A stretch of 64,000 nucleotides of DNA from Eledone cirrhosa. Its lineage: Eukaryota. The stretch is from the NCBI GenBank assembly GCA_964016885.1, contig OZ024754.1:18600001-18664000 (forward strand), given 5' to 3'. Below, one piece after another: positions 43,929-56,912 of this stretch. Position numbers and translations under genes: made by a program. Within the stretch, counting starts at the first letter, position 1. Each line of letters starts with the position of its first letter. Under the pieces are notes generated by a model. The model saw nothing but the letters and a program-made list of their open reading frames with translations. It made no database searches and was not told the origin of the DNA.

Positions 43929-43977
43929 TTGCTTACAATTGTTTCCTCCAAACCGAGGTTTGGATTCTTCGGAGCAA
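43929..43977 (-). ncRNA. Type I hammerhead with U4C core (CCGAAGA)
   Basis: TTGCT-CCGAAGA-a-TCCAAAC-ctcg-GTTTGGA-g-GAA-ACAATTGT-A-AGCAA; stems I, II and III are all perfect. Confidence 0.75.
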
Positions 43978-44115
43978 CTATTTAGTGATCTATAACATAC
44001 TTGACCTCCTTTGCAACACAAGAGACATATAAAAACATATGCATATATTGACCCACAGTAGGATGACATCCATCATAATGATATAGCATAGCAATTTACA
44101 TATAAAGGTTAAAGG

Positions 44116-44663
44116 ATAAAAATAAAAATAAAAATAAAAATAAAAATAAAAATAAAAATAAAAATAAAAATAAAAATAAAAATAAAAATAAAAATAAAAA
44201 TAAAAATAAAAATAAAAATAAAAATAAAAATAAAAATAAAAATAAAAATAAAAATAAAAATAAAAATAAAAATAAAAATAAAAATAAAAATAAAAATAAA
44301 AATAAAAATAAAAATAAAAATAAAAATAAAAATAAAAATAAAAATAAAAATAAAAATAAAAATAAAAATAAAAATAAAAATAAAAATAAAAATAAAAATA
44401 AAAATAAAAATAAAAATAAAAATAAAAATAAAAATAAAAATAAAAATAAAAATAAAAATAAAAATAAAAATAAAAATAAAAATAAAAATAAAAATAAAAA
44501 TAAAAATAAAAATAAAAATAAAAATAAAAATAAAAATAAAAATAAAAATAAAAATAAAAATAAAAATAAAAATAAAAATAAAGATAAAAATAAAAATAAA
44601 AATAAAAATAAAAATAAAAATAAAAATAAAAATAAAAATAAAAATAAAAATAAAAATAAAAAT
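44116..44663 (+). repeat. (AAAAAT)n microsatellite, ~90 copies
   Basis: Near-perfect hexamer run. Confidence 0.98.
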
Positions 44664-44989
44664 GAAACATTGGCAGTTTATGAAGATAAAGCAAGAGGAA
44701 AGTTTAGAGAAGTCAGTGTATGAAACAATCTCACGCGTAGCATGCATGCGTGTCTTATTTATACAGGATTAGAGTGTGGCAGATTGTTACTTGTAGGATC
44801 AGGCAGTTAAAGCAGGCAATCGATAGTATTATGCGGGCTGTATTGTTAAATTTGGAGTTTGTATAAAAAAGATATATAACCATAAAAGGTTTTATTATAG
44901 ACATAACCATAAATAGTATCCATAATACTATATATATATATATGTATATATATATATAACACCAGTTATATATATATATATAACTGGTG

Positions 44990-45352
44990 TTGGATGCTTA
45001 AAGCGTCCGTATGCGGTAGGCCGTATGAGCACTCGATGCCCTCATAGAGCAGAGTATGATATCACAGAAAAAAAAGAATCAGTGTTGCGACGAATGGAAT
45101 TTATTGGACATATTACAATTGTTTCTCGGGCGACCAGCTCGAGGCCCAATCGATGTGGTGATCGAACCTGACTCTGAAATCGCGCGGTCCTCGGATACCT
45201 CTCGATTCTACGAAGCAGATTTTCCTATAGGAAAATCTGCTTCGTAGAATCACCACATCGATCGTGCCTCGAGCTGGTCGCCCGAGAAACGATTGTAATA
45301 TGTCCAATAAATTCCTTTCGTCGCAACACTGATTCTCTTTTTTCTGTGATAT
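44990..45352. mobile_element. Fold-back element (arms 45059-45162/45249-45352; inner 48-bp palindrome 45204-45251) with CCGAGGA hammerhead-like motif at 45110-45198 (-)
   Basis: Inverted arms visible. Minus strand GTAT-CCGAGGA...GAA-ACAATTGT-A-ATAT. Homologous to 346-620. Confidence 0.75.
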
Positions 45353-45635
45353 AGTGGGGATGCTTCGAGACCAGTATTCCACACTTAAGAAAATCCATAT
45401 TACATGAATTTTCTGCCCTACGGTTAAGTTTTTACCGTTTCGATACATATCTGACTGTGTACTTCTCTGTATGTCTGTCAATGTGTTTGTCTGTGCGTCT
45501 ATGTAGCTGTCTGTCTGTGTACTTGTGTGTGTGTGTGCCTGTCTGGCAGTCTGTCTGAGTGTGTGTGTGTATGTATGTGTGTGTATGTGTCTATATCTAT
45601 CTGTGGGTATGTGTGTATGTCTGTCTCTCCCGAAG

Positions 45636-45749
45636 TTCCCAGTTCGTGCGAGTACAGAGCACAGAGAACAGCTTGATCGATGAAAGTCTTCATATAGATG
45701 AGGCTGGCGGCGAAGGCGATGGTGATGAAGGCGATGTCTGTGATGACAA
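45636..45749 (+). CDS. Candidate 114-bp internal exon of an unknown host gene
   Basis: Pyrimidine tract ending CGAAG|, donor |GTAAGT, symmetric phase 2, open frame SQFVRVQSTENSLIDESLHIDEAGGEGDGDEGDVCDD; no recognisable domain. Confidence 0.4.
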
Positions 45750-45764
45750 GTAAGTTGAGGTTAA

Positions 45765-45910
45765 TGATGACGATGATGCGAGTGACAATGTTTATGGTGA
45801 TGATGACGATGGCGATAATGACGATGATGATGATGACGATGGCGTTAATGACGATGATGATGATGACGATGATGATGATAATGTTTATGATGAAGAAGGT
45901 GATGATGATA
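45765..45910 (+). repeat. (GAT/GAC)n degenerate trinucleotide repeat
   Basis: Visible run. Confidence 0.85.
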
Positions 45911-45957
45911 TCGTGTTTCACACATCAATAATTCTTTCTGAATGGTCTGTTTCTCGT

Positions 45958-46324
45958 TACCACCACCACCACCACCACCACTACCACCACCACCACTACC
46001 ACCACCACCACCACTACCACCACCACCACCACCACCACCAACACTACCACCATCACCACCACTACCACCACCACCATCACTACCACCACCACCACCACCA
46101 CCACCACCACTACCACCACCACCACTACCACCACCACCACCACTACCACCACCACCACCACCACCACCAACACTACCACCATCACCACCACTACCACCAC
46201 CACCACCACCACCACCACCACCACCACCACCACCACCACCACCACCACCACCACCACCACCACCACCACCACCACCACTACCACTACTACCACCACTACT
46301 ACCACTACTACTACTACTACCACC

Positions 46325-46355
<31 letters not shown>

Positions 46356-47073
46356 CCACCACCACCACCACCACCACCACCACCACCACCACTACCACTA
46401 CTACCACCACCACCACCACCACCACCACCACCACCACCACCACCACCATCACCACCACTACCACCACCACATCCACCACCACTACCACCACTACTACTAC
46501 TACCACCACTACAAACACCACCACCACCACCACCACCATCACTACCACCACTACTACTACTACTACCACCACCACCACCACCACCACCACCACCACCACC
46601 ACCACTACTACCACCACCACAACCACCACCACTACCACCACTATCACCACCACCACCACCACCACCACTACTACCACCACCACTACCACCACCACCACCA
46701 CCACCACCACCACCACTACTACCACCTCCACAACCACCACCACTACCACCACTATCACCACCACCACCACCACCACCACTACTACCACCACCACTACCAC
46801 CACCACCACCACCACCACCACCACCACCACCACCACCACCACCACCACCACCACTACTACTACCACCACTACTACTACCTCTATCACCTCCACCACCACC
46901 ACCACTACCACCACCACTACCACCACTACCACCACTACCACCACTACCACCACTACCACCACCACCACGACTACCACCACAAGCACCACCACCACCACCA
47001 CTACTACCACCACCACTACCACTACCACCACCACCACCACCACCACCACCACCGCCACCACCACCACCACCAC
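45958..47073 (+). repeat. (CAC/TAC)n trinucleotide array
   Basis: 1.1-kb interrupted repeat. Confidence 0.97.
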
Positions 47074-47439
47074 CCTAGATCACCCCTAGCCTCACACAGG
47101 CTGCTATCTCTTACAATGTGTCACACCAACCAGCCACCCAAACTACTACCTCACTCCTATCACAGTTATCTCCCTTACTACCTACTTACATACCTATCTA
47201 TCTGTCTCACTCTCTCTCTTTCTATCTATCTACCTCTCTCTATCTACTTCTCTCTCTCTATTTATCTCCCTCTTTCTATCTCTCAATCTCTCTCACCCTC
47301 TCTCTCTATCTCTCAATCTCTCTCTCCCCTCTCTCTATCTATCTCTCCATTTATCTCCCTTTCTCTCTATCTATCCCTGTCTCAGTTCACCTTTTGTTTC
47401 TCTCGTCGACAACCTTTAGTTTTCAATCCTCTATTTTCT

Positions 47440-49205
47440 CTTTCCCTCCCTCACTCGTTCTTTCTTTCCTTCCCTCACTCATTCTTTCTTTCCTTCCCTC
47501 ACTCATTCTTTCTTTCCTTCCCTCACTCATTCTTTCTTTCCTTCCCTCACTCATTCTTTCTTTCATTCCAACACTCATTCTTTCTTTCCTCCCCTCACTC
47601 GTTCTTACTTTCCTTCCCTGACTTGTTCTTTCTTTCCTCCCCCCACTCGTTCTTTCTTTCCTTCCCTCACTCGTTATTTTTTTCCTTCCCTCACCCGTTC
47701 TTTCTTTCTTTCCCTCACTCGTTCTTACTTTCCTTCCCTGACTTGTTCTTTCTTTCCTCCCCTCACTCGTTCTTTCTTTCCTTCCCTCACTCGTTATTTC
47801 TTTCCTTCCCTCACCCGTTCTTTCTTTCCTTCCCTCACTCGTTCTTACTTTCCTTCCCTCACTCGTTCTTTCCTTCCTCCCCTCACTCGTTCTTTCTTTC
47901 CTTCCCTCACTCATTCTTTCTTTCCTTCCCTCACTCGTTCTTTCTTTCCTTCCCTCACTCGTTCTTTCTTTCCTTCCCTCACTCGTTCTTTCTTTCCTTC
48001 CCTCACTCGTTCTTTCTTTCCTTCCCTCACTCGTTCTTTCTTTCCTCCCCTCACTCGTTCTTACTTTCTTTCCCTCACTTGTTCTTTCTTTCCTCCCCTG
48101 ACTCGTTCTTTCTTTCCTTCCCTCACTCGTTCTTTCTTTCCTTCCCTCACTCGTTCTTTCTTTCCTTCCCTCACTCATTCTTTCTTTCCTTCCCTCACTC
48201 GTTATTTTTCCTTCCCTCACTCATTCTTTCTTTCCTTCCCTCACCCGTTCTTTCTTTCCTTCCCTCACTCGTTCTTTCTTTCCTTCCCTCACTCGTTATT
48301 TTTTCCTTCCCTCACTCGTTCTTTCTTTCTCTCTTTCCTTCCCTCACTCGTTCTTTCTTTCCTTCCCTCACTCGTTCTTTCTTTCCTTCCCTCACTCATT
48401 CTTTCTTTCCTTCCCTCGTTATTTTTTCCTTCCCTCACTCGTTCTTTCTTTCCTTCCCTCACTCGTTATTTTTCCCTTCCCTCACTCGTTATTTTTTCCT
48501 TCCCTCACTCGTTCTTTCTTTCCCTCACTCGTTCTTTCTTTCCTTACCTCACTCGTTCTTTCTTTCCTTTCCTCACTCGTTCTTTCTTTCCTTCCCTCAC
48601 TCGTTCTTTCTTTCCTTCCCTCACTCGTTCTTACTTTCTTTCCCTCACTTGTTCTTTCTTTCCTCCCCTGACTCGTTCTTTCTTTCCTTCCCTCACTCGT
48701 TCTTTCTTTCCTTCCCTCACTCGTTCTTTCTTTCCTTCCCTCACTCATTCTTTCTTTCCTTCCCTCACTCGTTATTTTTCTTTCCCTCACTCATTCTTTC
48801 TTTCCTTCCCTCACTCATTCTTTCTTTCCTTCCCTCACTCGTTCTTTCTTTCCTTCCCTCACTCGTTCTTTCTTTCCTTCCCTCACTCGTTCTTTCCTTC
48901 CCTCACTCATTCTTTCTTTCCTTCCCTCGTTATTTTTTCCTTCCCTCACTCGTTCTTTCTTTCCTTCCCTCACTCGTTATTTTTCCCTTCCCTCACTCGT
49001 TATTTTTTCCTTCCCTCACTCGTTCTTTCTTTCCCTCACTCGTTCTTTCTTTCCTTACCTCACTCGTTCTTTCTTTCCTTTCCTCACTCGTTCTTTCTTT
49101 CCTTCCCTCACTCGTTCTTTCTTTCCTTCTCTCACTCGTTCTTTCTTTCCTTCCCTCACCCGTTCTTTCTTTCCTCCCCTCACTCGTTCTTTCTTTCTTT
49201 CTTTC
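47440..49205 (+). repeat. 24-bp polypyrimidine minisatellite (CCTTCCCTCACTCGTTCTTTCTTT)n
   Basis: 24-bp period, about 70 units. Confidence 0.96.
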
Positions 49206-49599
49206 TTTTTTTTTTACCCTTCACACCCATTCCCTTTCTCTGTTGTTCTCTTTCTCCACACACACACACACACGTATACTTATATAGATACACACATATA
49301 TATACTTATATAGACACGCACACATATATATACACACACACAGATACATGCATACATAGATACACATTCACACACACAACCACAGCAGTACGGCGCTCTG
49401 ACAGGTATACATACCCCCCCCCACCAGTATAGCGCTGTGACAGGTGTATATAGACGCGAGCACCAGTACAGCTGTAGTTGCAGGAGTTACGATTAGTAAA
49501 CTGGAATAAATGAACGGTGAGAAACTAGTTGAAGCCAATCTATGTTCAATACATCGACATATTCTTTTAGTGGTTCACTTATTTGACCTCTGCCAAGCT

Positions 49600-50030
49600 G
49601 GGGTACGACATTCATTTTAGTAGATCATATCGACCCTTACCTGGATCTTGGGTAATGACCGAAAGAATACGATCGCGAAGACCGAAATGGGATCCTTTTG
49701 AAGGGTCTGTGGTGTAACGTTACTCGATTACGTGAGTAGGTCGGAGATGAGAGAGTGACTCCGGGTAGAGCCGCTACTTCTCTGAATTAAGAGATCACAG
49801 ATCCGATACTATGGACATGTTAGAATATCTCAGGAAAGAATCGCTGGACAGATTTTACGGGCAAAACCAACCGGCAAGAGACCCAGGGGTAGACCCTGTG
49901 TAAGATGGTTGGATAACATCCATGAGCTTGGTTGGTCATGCTTGGAGATCCAGCCAGATCAGTTGGAGACGGTTGCTTCTGACAGGACCCGCTGGTAAGA
50001 ACTGTCACGATCCCTTGGCTTCGTGATTTA
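49600..50030 (+). pseudogene. Degraded RTE-clade LINE 3' fragment, different family from 11401-14708
   Basis: RVCGVTLLD...LRVEPLLL*IKRSQIRYYGHV...GKRPRGRP...RWLDNI...ASDRTRW* with stops and frameshifts. Confidence 0.85.
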
Positions 50031-50310
50031 AAGCACCTAACTTTTCAGGGAAGTTTCGTAAGGAGAGACTGTTTGGAAGCCCATGGGTCACATATATGAG
50101 GGTCTTAGTGTGTGTATGCATGTCTATGTTTATGTTTATTGTTTATTAACAGAGATCGATGAAACATAATCCAGATTTGAACAAATCAGTACTGGGGTAG
50201 ACACAGTCAACTAAAAGATGCCCCAGTTTGTTCGAGGTCTAATGACTGAAACCAGTAAAAATATATGTGTGTGTGTGTATGTGTCTGTGTCAGTCTCTCC
50301 TCCTCATTCA

Positions 50311-50397
<87 letters not shown>

Positions 50398-50496
50398 GAA
50401 TAGGTAAAATAACTTGACTTTGTTATTGTTTTCATTGTTAAAATAATATCTTATGTATATATGTTAAGAAAGTGAGATCACAGTTTCAGTTCAGCA

Positions 50497-50693
50497 ATTG
50501 TAACGTGTTTCGCAATTGACCAGCTCAAATCTTTAATTGATTCAGCTCGAATCGGTTTGCTCATCAGGCGCAATGAAGATAAGATTCGGAATGTGTCTGA
50601 TTTTAATCTTCACTGCGTCTGACGATGCTAGAGTCAAGCTGAATGTAACCGATTAAAGTTCGGAGTTGGTCATTTACGAAACACATGTTACAT
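50497..50693. ncRNA. Head-to-head pair of diverged hammerhead motifs (50497-50572 minus; 50613-50693 plus)
   Basis: Minus: CTGATGA-GCAA...TTGC-GAAACACGTT. Plus: CTGACGA...GAA-ACACATGT-T. The two are imperfect inverted copies. Confidence 0.6.
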
Positions 50694-50734
50694 ATTATTA
50701 CGCATATAATACGTAGAACAGAAATTTAGTCACT

Positions 50735-50865
<131 letters not shown>

Positions 50866-50902
50866 AATAAAAAACAAATTATCGCTCTACATGGCTGAAT
50901 AC

Positions 50903-51604
<702 letters not shown>

Positions 51605-52354
51605 ATCATATAGGTATCCAATATGAGGGTATCCAATATATATACATATACAATCATATATATATATATAGTTAAAATAATAGAGGTGTAACACACAAGT
51701 TATTATATATTGGTAAACGGAATAGAAAATGCTGACAAATTGTTCACAGTTGAAAAATGGTTTAATTAGGAATAAAAGAGTATTAGTAATTGTATGGGTT
51801 AGTATTCAGTTGTGGTTTTAAGTTTTTCAGTTTTTACCGGTTGCGCATTTCTAAATGCTTTTCAAAAATAATTTTGAGATAGAGTGTCCGTGTTGTTTGC
51901 TCTGATCTGATTAGTTTTGGGAATTCTACCTGTTTTTATGTTAAAAAAGTGGCTCCAGCGCTACTTTGGTGTTACAAAAATTCTTGTGGTCAAAACAATT
52001 TTGATTGGTCGGTAGAGGTCATGTGAATGTCAAAAATTGATTTTGCGCCAAGACTGGTTTTATGTTAGAAAAGTGGCTCCAGCGCTACTTGGTGTTTGCA
52101 AAAATTCTTGTGGTCAAAACAATTTTGATTGGTCGGTAGAGGTCATGTGAATAAAAAATTGATTTTGCGCCAAGACTGAGAAATGACTCTTTCACAACAA
52201 ATATGTGTGTGTGTGTGTGTGTGTGTGTAGTAGTAGTAGTAGTAAGGTGTTCGATGTTGTGATAATGGTTAGCAGGGATGTGTGTCAAATGGCTATTAAG
52301 ATAAGTGTGTGTATAGCAGAGTAATTCGTGGTAGCAGGGATGGTCAGTAGAAAT

Positions 52355-52399
<45 letters not shown>

Positions 52400-52538
52400 A
52401 ATGTGTGTGTGTGTGTGTGGGTGGACCAGTATTTTTTTCCCCCTGGTAAAATGGTGTACATTATTCGATTTTTTCAGTAAAATCGGTTCTCTTAATAGAA
52501 CATCAAAAATCTTAACAATAAAAGGTGTGAAATGATAT

Positions 52539-52590
<52 letters not shown>

Positions 52591-52597
52591 CATATAT

Positions 52598-52727
<130 letters not shown>

Positions 52728-52845
52728 TTTGTTTGTGTTGCACCATAGAGCATGTGTGTTTACGTATGTCATTGTGTTTATATGTGGGTAGAGATGTGTG
52801 CTGATGTAGGTATGTATGTTGACGTGTGTATGTTGTGGGTTCGTC

Positions 52846-53500
52846 TTAGGGAGAAGTGTTTAGACGGGGTCCGTATTTGTTAATGAAGTAAGATTCCTTG
52901 CTGATGCGCTGGGTGTGGGTGGCATTATCTTTAAATTTGTAGAAGGGAAAGATTCTGAAGTTGGGATGATTTTGGGCGGCACAGGAATCAATGTGTTCAC
53001 TCAGTGGTATTTTCCTGTATTCCCGTATTTTAATTTGGGATCTATGGACAGTCATGCGTTGGCGGAGGCTGTTTTTGGTCTGGCCTATGTATTGTTCTCA
53101 ACAACCTGAGCAAGTTAATACATATATTAGATTTTCCGATGCACATGTGAAATTGTGTTTTACTATAAAACGTTGTCCTTCTTTGAAATAGAATTCCGAA
53201 CCCTCTATTAGGTTGATGCAAATGCCACAGTTGGGTCTATCGCATTTTTTTTACTGTGGGTTTCGTTGTTGTGGTTGGCAGTACTTTGGCATGTGTTAGG
53301 ATGTTTTTCATTGACTTGGATTGTCTTTTGCTCTTTATGATATCGTGTGTTCGTAGGATTTGGTTCATTCTATGGTCCCTTTTCAACACAGGGATGTTCT
53401 GGAGGATGGTGTCAAAGGCCTCATTGTTGAGGGGGTTGTGTGTGGAGATGTATGGAAGAGCTTTTAGTTTCGGTTGATTTACTTTAGGGTGTCTAAGGTC
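52846..53500 (-). pseudogene. Penelope-like (Neptune-like) GIY-YIG endonuclease region; one frameshift, one stop
   Basis: CDRPNCGIC...FTCASENLIYVLTCSGC*EQYIGQTKNSLRQRMTVHRSQI...SEH...[14 protein letters not shown]. Confidence 0.9.
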
Positions 53501-53815
53501 CTGGGTACTGAGTTTTAGGGAATACAGGAAAATACCACTGAGTGACCACATTGATACCTGTGCCGCCCAAAATCATCCCAACTTCAGAATCTTTCCCCTC
53601 TACAAATTTAAAGATAATGGCACCCACACCCAGCGCATCAGCAAAGAATCTTACTTCATTAACAAATACGGACCCCCGTCTAAACACTTCTCCCTAAGAC
53701 GAACCCACAACATACACACGTCAACATACATACCTACATCAGCACACATCTCTACCCACATATAAACACAATGACATACGTAAACACACATGCTCTATGG
53801 TGCAACACAAACAAA

Positions 53816-53851
<36 letters not shown>

Positions 53852-54090
53852 GTGAATATATGTATGTATATATATATATATAGTAAATATCATTTCACAC
53901 CTTTTATTGTTAAGATTTTTGATGTTCTATTAAGAGAACCGATTTTACTGAAAAAATCGAATAATGTACACCATTTTACCAGGGGGAAAAAATACTGGTC
54001 CACCCACACACACATTCTCACACACACACACACACACATATATATACACACACACACATACACACGCGTACATTAACATACAAAGAGACT

Positions 54091-54121
<31 letters not shown>

Positions 54122-54255
54122 TTCTCCGTATAAGACAAAAGGTGAAAAATATCTTTTGACATGCTAAAATACCCCCCACTGCTTACAGACACATTTCTAC
54201 TGACCATCCCTGCTGCCACGAATTACTCTGCTACACAGACACAGACACAGACACA

Positions 54256-54358
<103 letters not shown>

Positions 54359-54416
54359 ATCTTAATAGCCATTTGACACACATCCCTGCTAACCATTATC
54401 ACAACATCGAACACCT

Positions 54417-54494
<78 letters not shown>

Positions 54495-54726
54495 ACACAC
54501 ACACACACACACATATTTGTTGTGAAAGAGTCATTTCTCAGTCTTGGCGCAAAATCAATTTTTGACATTCACATGACCTCTACCGACCAATCAAAATTGT
54601 TTTGACCACAAGAATTTTTGTAACACCAAAGTAGCGCTGGAGCCACTTTTTTAACATAAAAACAGGTAGAATTCCCAAAACTAATCAGATCAGAGCAAAC
54701 AACACGGAGACTCTATCTCAAAATTA

Positions 54727-54764
54727 TTTTTGAAAAGCATTTAGAAATGCGCAACCGGTAAAAA
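54727..54764 (+). ncRNA. Hammerhead-like motif with U3:A8 core and GCAA (inverse copy 51831-51868)
   Basis: TTT-TTGAAAA-GCATT-taga-AATGC-GCA-ACCGGT-A-AAA; located at the distal end of the PLE terminal repeat. Confidence 0.5.
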
Positions 54765-54935
54765 CTTAAAAACTTAAAACCACAACTGAATACTAACCCA
54801 TACAATTACTAATACTCTTTTATTCCTAATTAAACCATTTTTCAACTGTGAACAATTTGTCAGCATTTTCTATTCCGTTTACCAATATATATATATATAT
54901 ATATATATGGTATAACCAATATATATATATACATA

Positions 54936-55664
54936 TGGTATAACCCCGTGTACAATTCTTCTATTAGCACTAAAATTATCTCACAATTCTATACACTAAT
55001 CAATAAACACTTTACAACTTCACATAAATACTATAAAATCTTTAACTCGCGCACCATTAGACTCTCATACTCCACTGCACCTAACATAGAACAACTAATT
55101 AGAAAACTCAACTCAGCAATACTGAATAAGTACATCCCTAATAACTCAGCGCACCAGCATAGCAACATACAACGCACTAACACGCAACCACAACCCCACC
55201 AATCTATCCAGGATTCTACTGCAAAACATAAAAATAATTGTAACTGCACCAAACCAGGTACGTGCCCACTGAATAACCAGTGCCTAGCACGCAATATTGT
55301 CTACCGATGTACAATAAATTCCGGAACCAACAAATGGTATTACGTCGGATGTACCGCAACTTCTTTCAAGGCTCGCCTATACCAACATCGATCTTTGATC
55401 AGGCACGAGAAAATGCGCTCCGTAACAACCCTCGCTGATAAAGCCTGGCAGCTTCGGAGGAACAATCAAGCGTTCTCCCTTGATTGGCAAATTATTGCAG
55501 CTGCGCCTGCATATCAGCAAAATCATCGATTCTGCAAGTTATGCAATTTAGAGATATACTGCATTTTAACGTCGGTAAACAAACTTTTGAACAGCAAAAT
55601 TGAACGTTCTCTATACTGTAACCATCGTTTGAAAACGACTTTTTCTTTTTTTAGATGCATATAA
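54936..55664 (+). CDS. 5'-truncated Penelope-like (Naiad-like) ORF: linker, Cys cluster and GIY-YIG; frame intact
   Basis: WYNP...INKHF...KIFNSRTIRLSYS, CNC...CPL...C, IVY...YVG, FKARL..H, CKLCNLE, LN...C.H. Begins abruptly at (TA)n with no RT. Confidence 0.9.
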   Translation, partial: WYNPVYNSSISTKIISQFYTLINKHFTTSHKYYKIFNSRTIRLSYSTAPNIEQLIRKLNSAILNKYIPNNSAHQHSNIQRTNTQPQPHQSIQDSTAKHKNNCNCTKPGTCPLNNQCLARNIVYRCTINSGTNKWYYVGCTATSFKARLYQHRSLIRHEKMRSVTTLADKAWQLRRNNQAFSLDWQIIAAAPAYQQNHRFCKLCNLEIYCILTSVNKLLNSKIERSLYCNHRLKTTFSFFRCI

Positions 55665-56074
55665 TGTTACCTTTTTACACCACCGTTTGCAAATTTCTGT
55701 CTTATATGTTTATACACAAGATATGGCTTTCTATAATAATAGTACTAAACACTGTTTTTCTGGACCCCTTTATAAATAACCTGCTACTATAATAGCCCTA
55801 ATAACTTGTCTGTGACACTGTACCACTTTGACCCCTTTAACTAAATTTTGTCCGAACAACACCACTAGAAGAATCTACTTCCCCGCCAACCTTAGCACGC
55901 CTCATCAAGCTAACTGCTGCCAAAACATTCTCTCCTCACAATCTCTACTAGTCTGACAGTCTTAAATCCTAAGACTCCCTCCACCTTACTCACTTCCCTC
56001 TTCCCCTTCTCTTCCTACCTCCTTCTTTATCTTTTATCTAGTGTATAAAATATTTTCATATCATTCTAATACAA

Positions 56075-56191
56075 AGGTCTGAAAACATGGTGTGTTTGCT
56101 TACAGTGTACCTTCGGTTTATGATAATATTTGTATATTATTCAAATAGCGAGGTATAGGTAACCCATACACTATAGAAACAATTGTTACCT
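56075..56191 (+). ncRNA. Hammerhead-like motif with ~90-nt rod-like stem II in the PLE 3' region
   Basis: AGGT-CTGAAAA-[ATGGTGTG/TACACTAT, TTAC/GTAA, TGTACCT/AGGTATA, ATAATAT/ATATTAT]-GAA-ACAATTGT-T-ACCT, followed by AATAAA. Confidence 0.6.
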
Positions 56192-56232
56192 AATAAATTC
56201 TATATACCCGCATTTTCATTTCGTAAACTTCT

Positions 56233-56336
<104 letters not shown>

Positions 56337-56367
56337 AGTGTAATTTTCTACACAAAGCGAAGGTTAT

Positions 56368-56705
56368 AGAGAAAATTGAGGTTGGTAATGGCACATGGAA
56401 TATATAAGAGACAGAATACTTTTTTGTGAAAAAACATAATTTTATAAGGTAAGGAAATAATAAAGGGTATAAAAAATGACCGGTTTCGATGGGTCTGCAA
56501 AAGCCATCTTTTCAAATGTTGATTAATATTAAGAAAAATTAATAATACGAAGAGTTAAAATTTGAGACTTGAAAATTCAAGTATAAAATTCATTGTGGGA
56601 TTTCATAGCAGTTTTCATCTTGGTAGCAACAAATTATGTTTTTTCACAAAAAAGTATTCTGTCTCTTATATATTCCATGTGCCATTACCAACCTCAATTT
56701 TCTCT
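56368..56705. mobile_element. Element with 75-bp inverted repeats (56368-56442/56631-56705) enclosing a U3:A8 hammerhead at 56473-56520 (-)
   Basis: Exact IR. Minus strand AACAT-TTGAAAA-GATGG...CCATC-GAA-ACCGGT-C-ATTTT. Confidence 0.75.
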
Positions 56706-56726
56706 CTCTCTATATATATATATATA

Positions 56727-56780
56727 TTCGACGGCTAATTCTGTAGCCGTCGAAACGGCTTGAGCTCTGCCGTCGGGGTC
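56727..56780 (+). ncRNA. 5'-truncated hammerhead (stem II, GAAA, stem III and GUC only)
   Basis: GACGGCTA-attctg-TAGCCGTC-GAA-ACGGC-ttgagctct-GCCGT-C; (TA)n stands where CUGANGA would be. Confidence 0.5.
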
Positions 56781-56912
56781 ATACTTGTTCCTATTACCTA
56801 CTCAACTACCCTAAGTATTGAGTACTTTGGTGCGTTATGGTCCATCTGGTTCCTTACCACAATTCCTTCGTTATATATATATATATACATATACAGTCAT
56901 ATATATATATAT

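Noticed and set aside
45913-49287. 1124-aa ORF and poly-Pro ORF
   Set aside because: Read-through of (CAC)n, (CT)n and a 24-bp repeat; no domain.
53098-53100. In-frame TGA in the PLE ORF as selenocysteine
   Set aside because: It is not at a conserved Cys position and the copy is also frameshifted.
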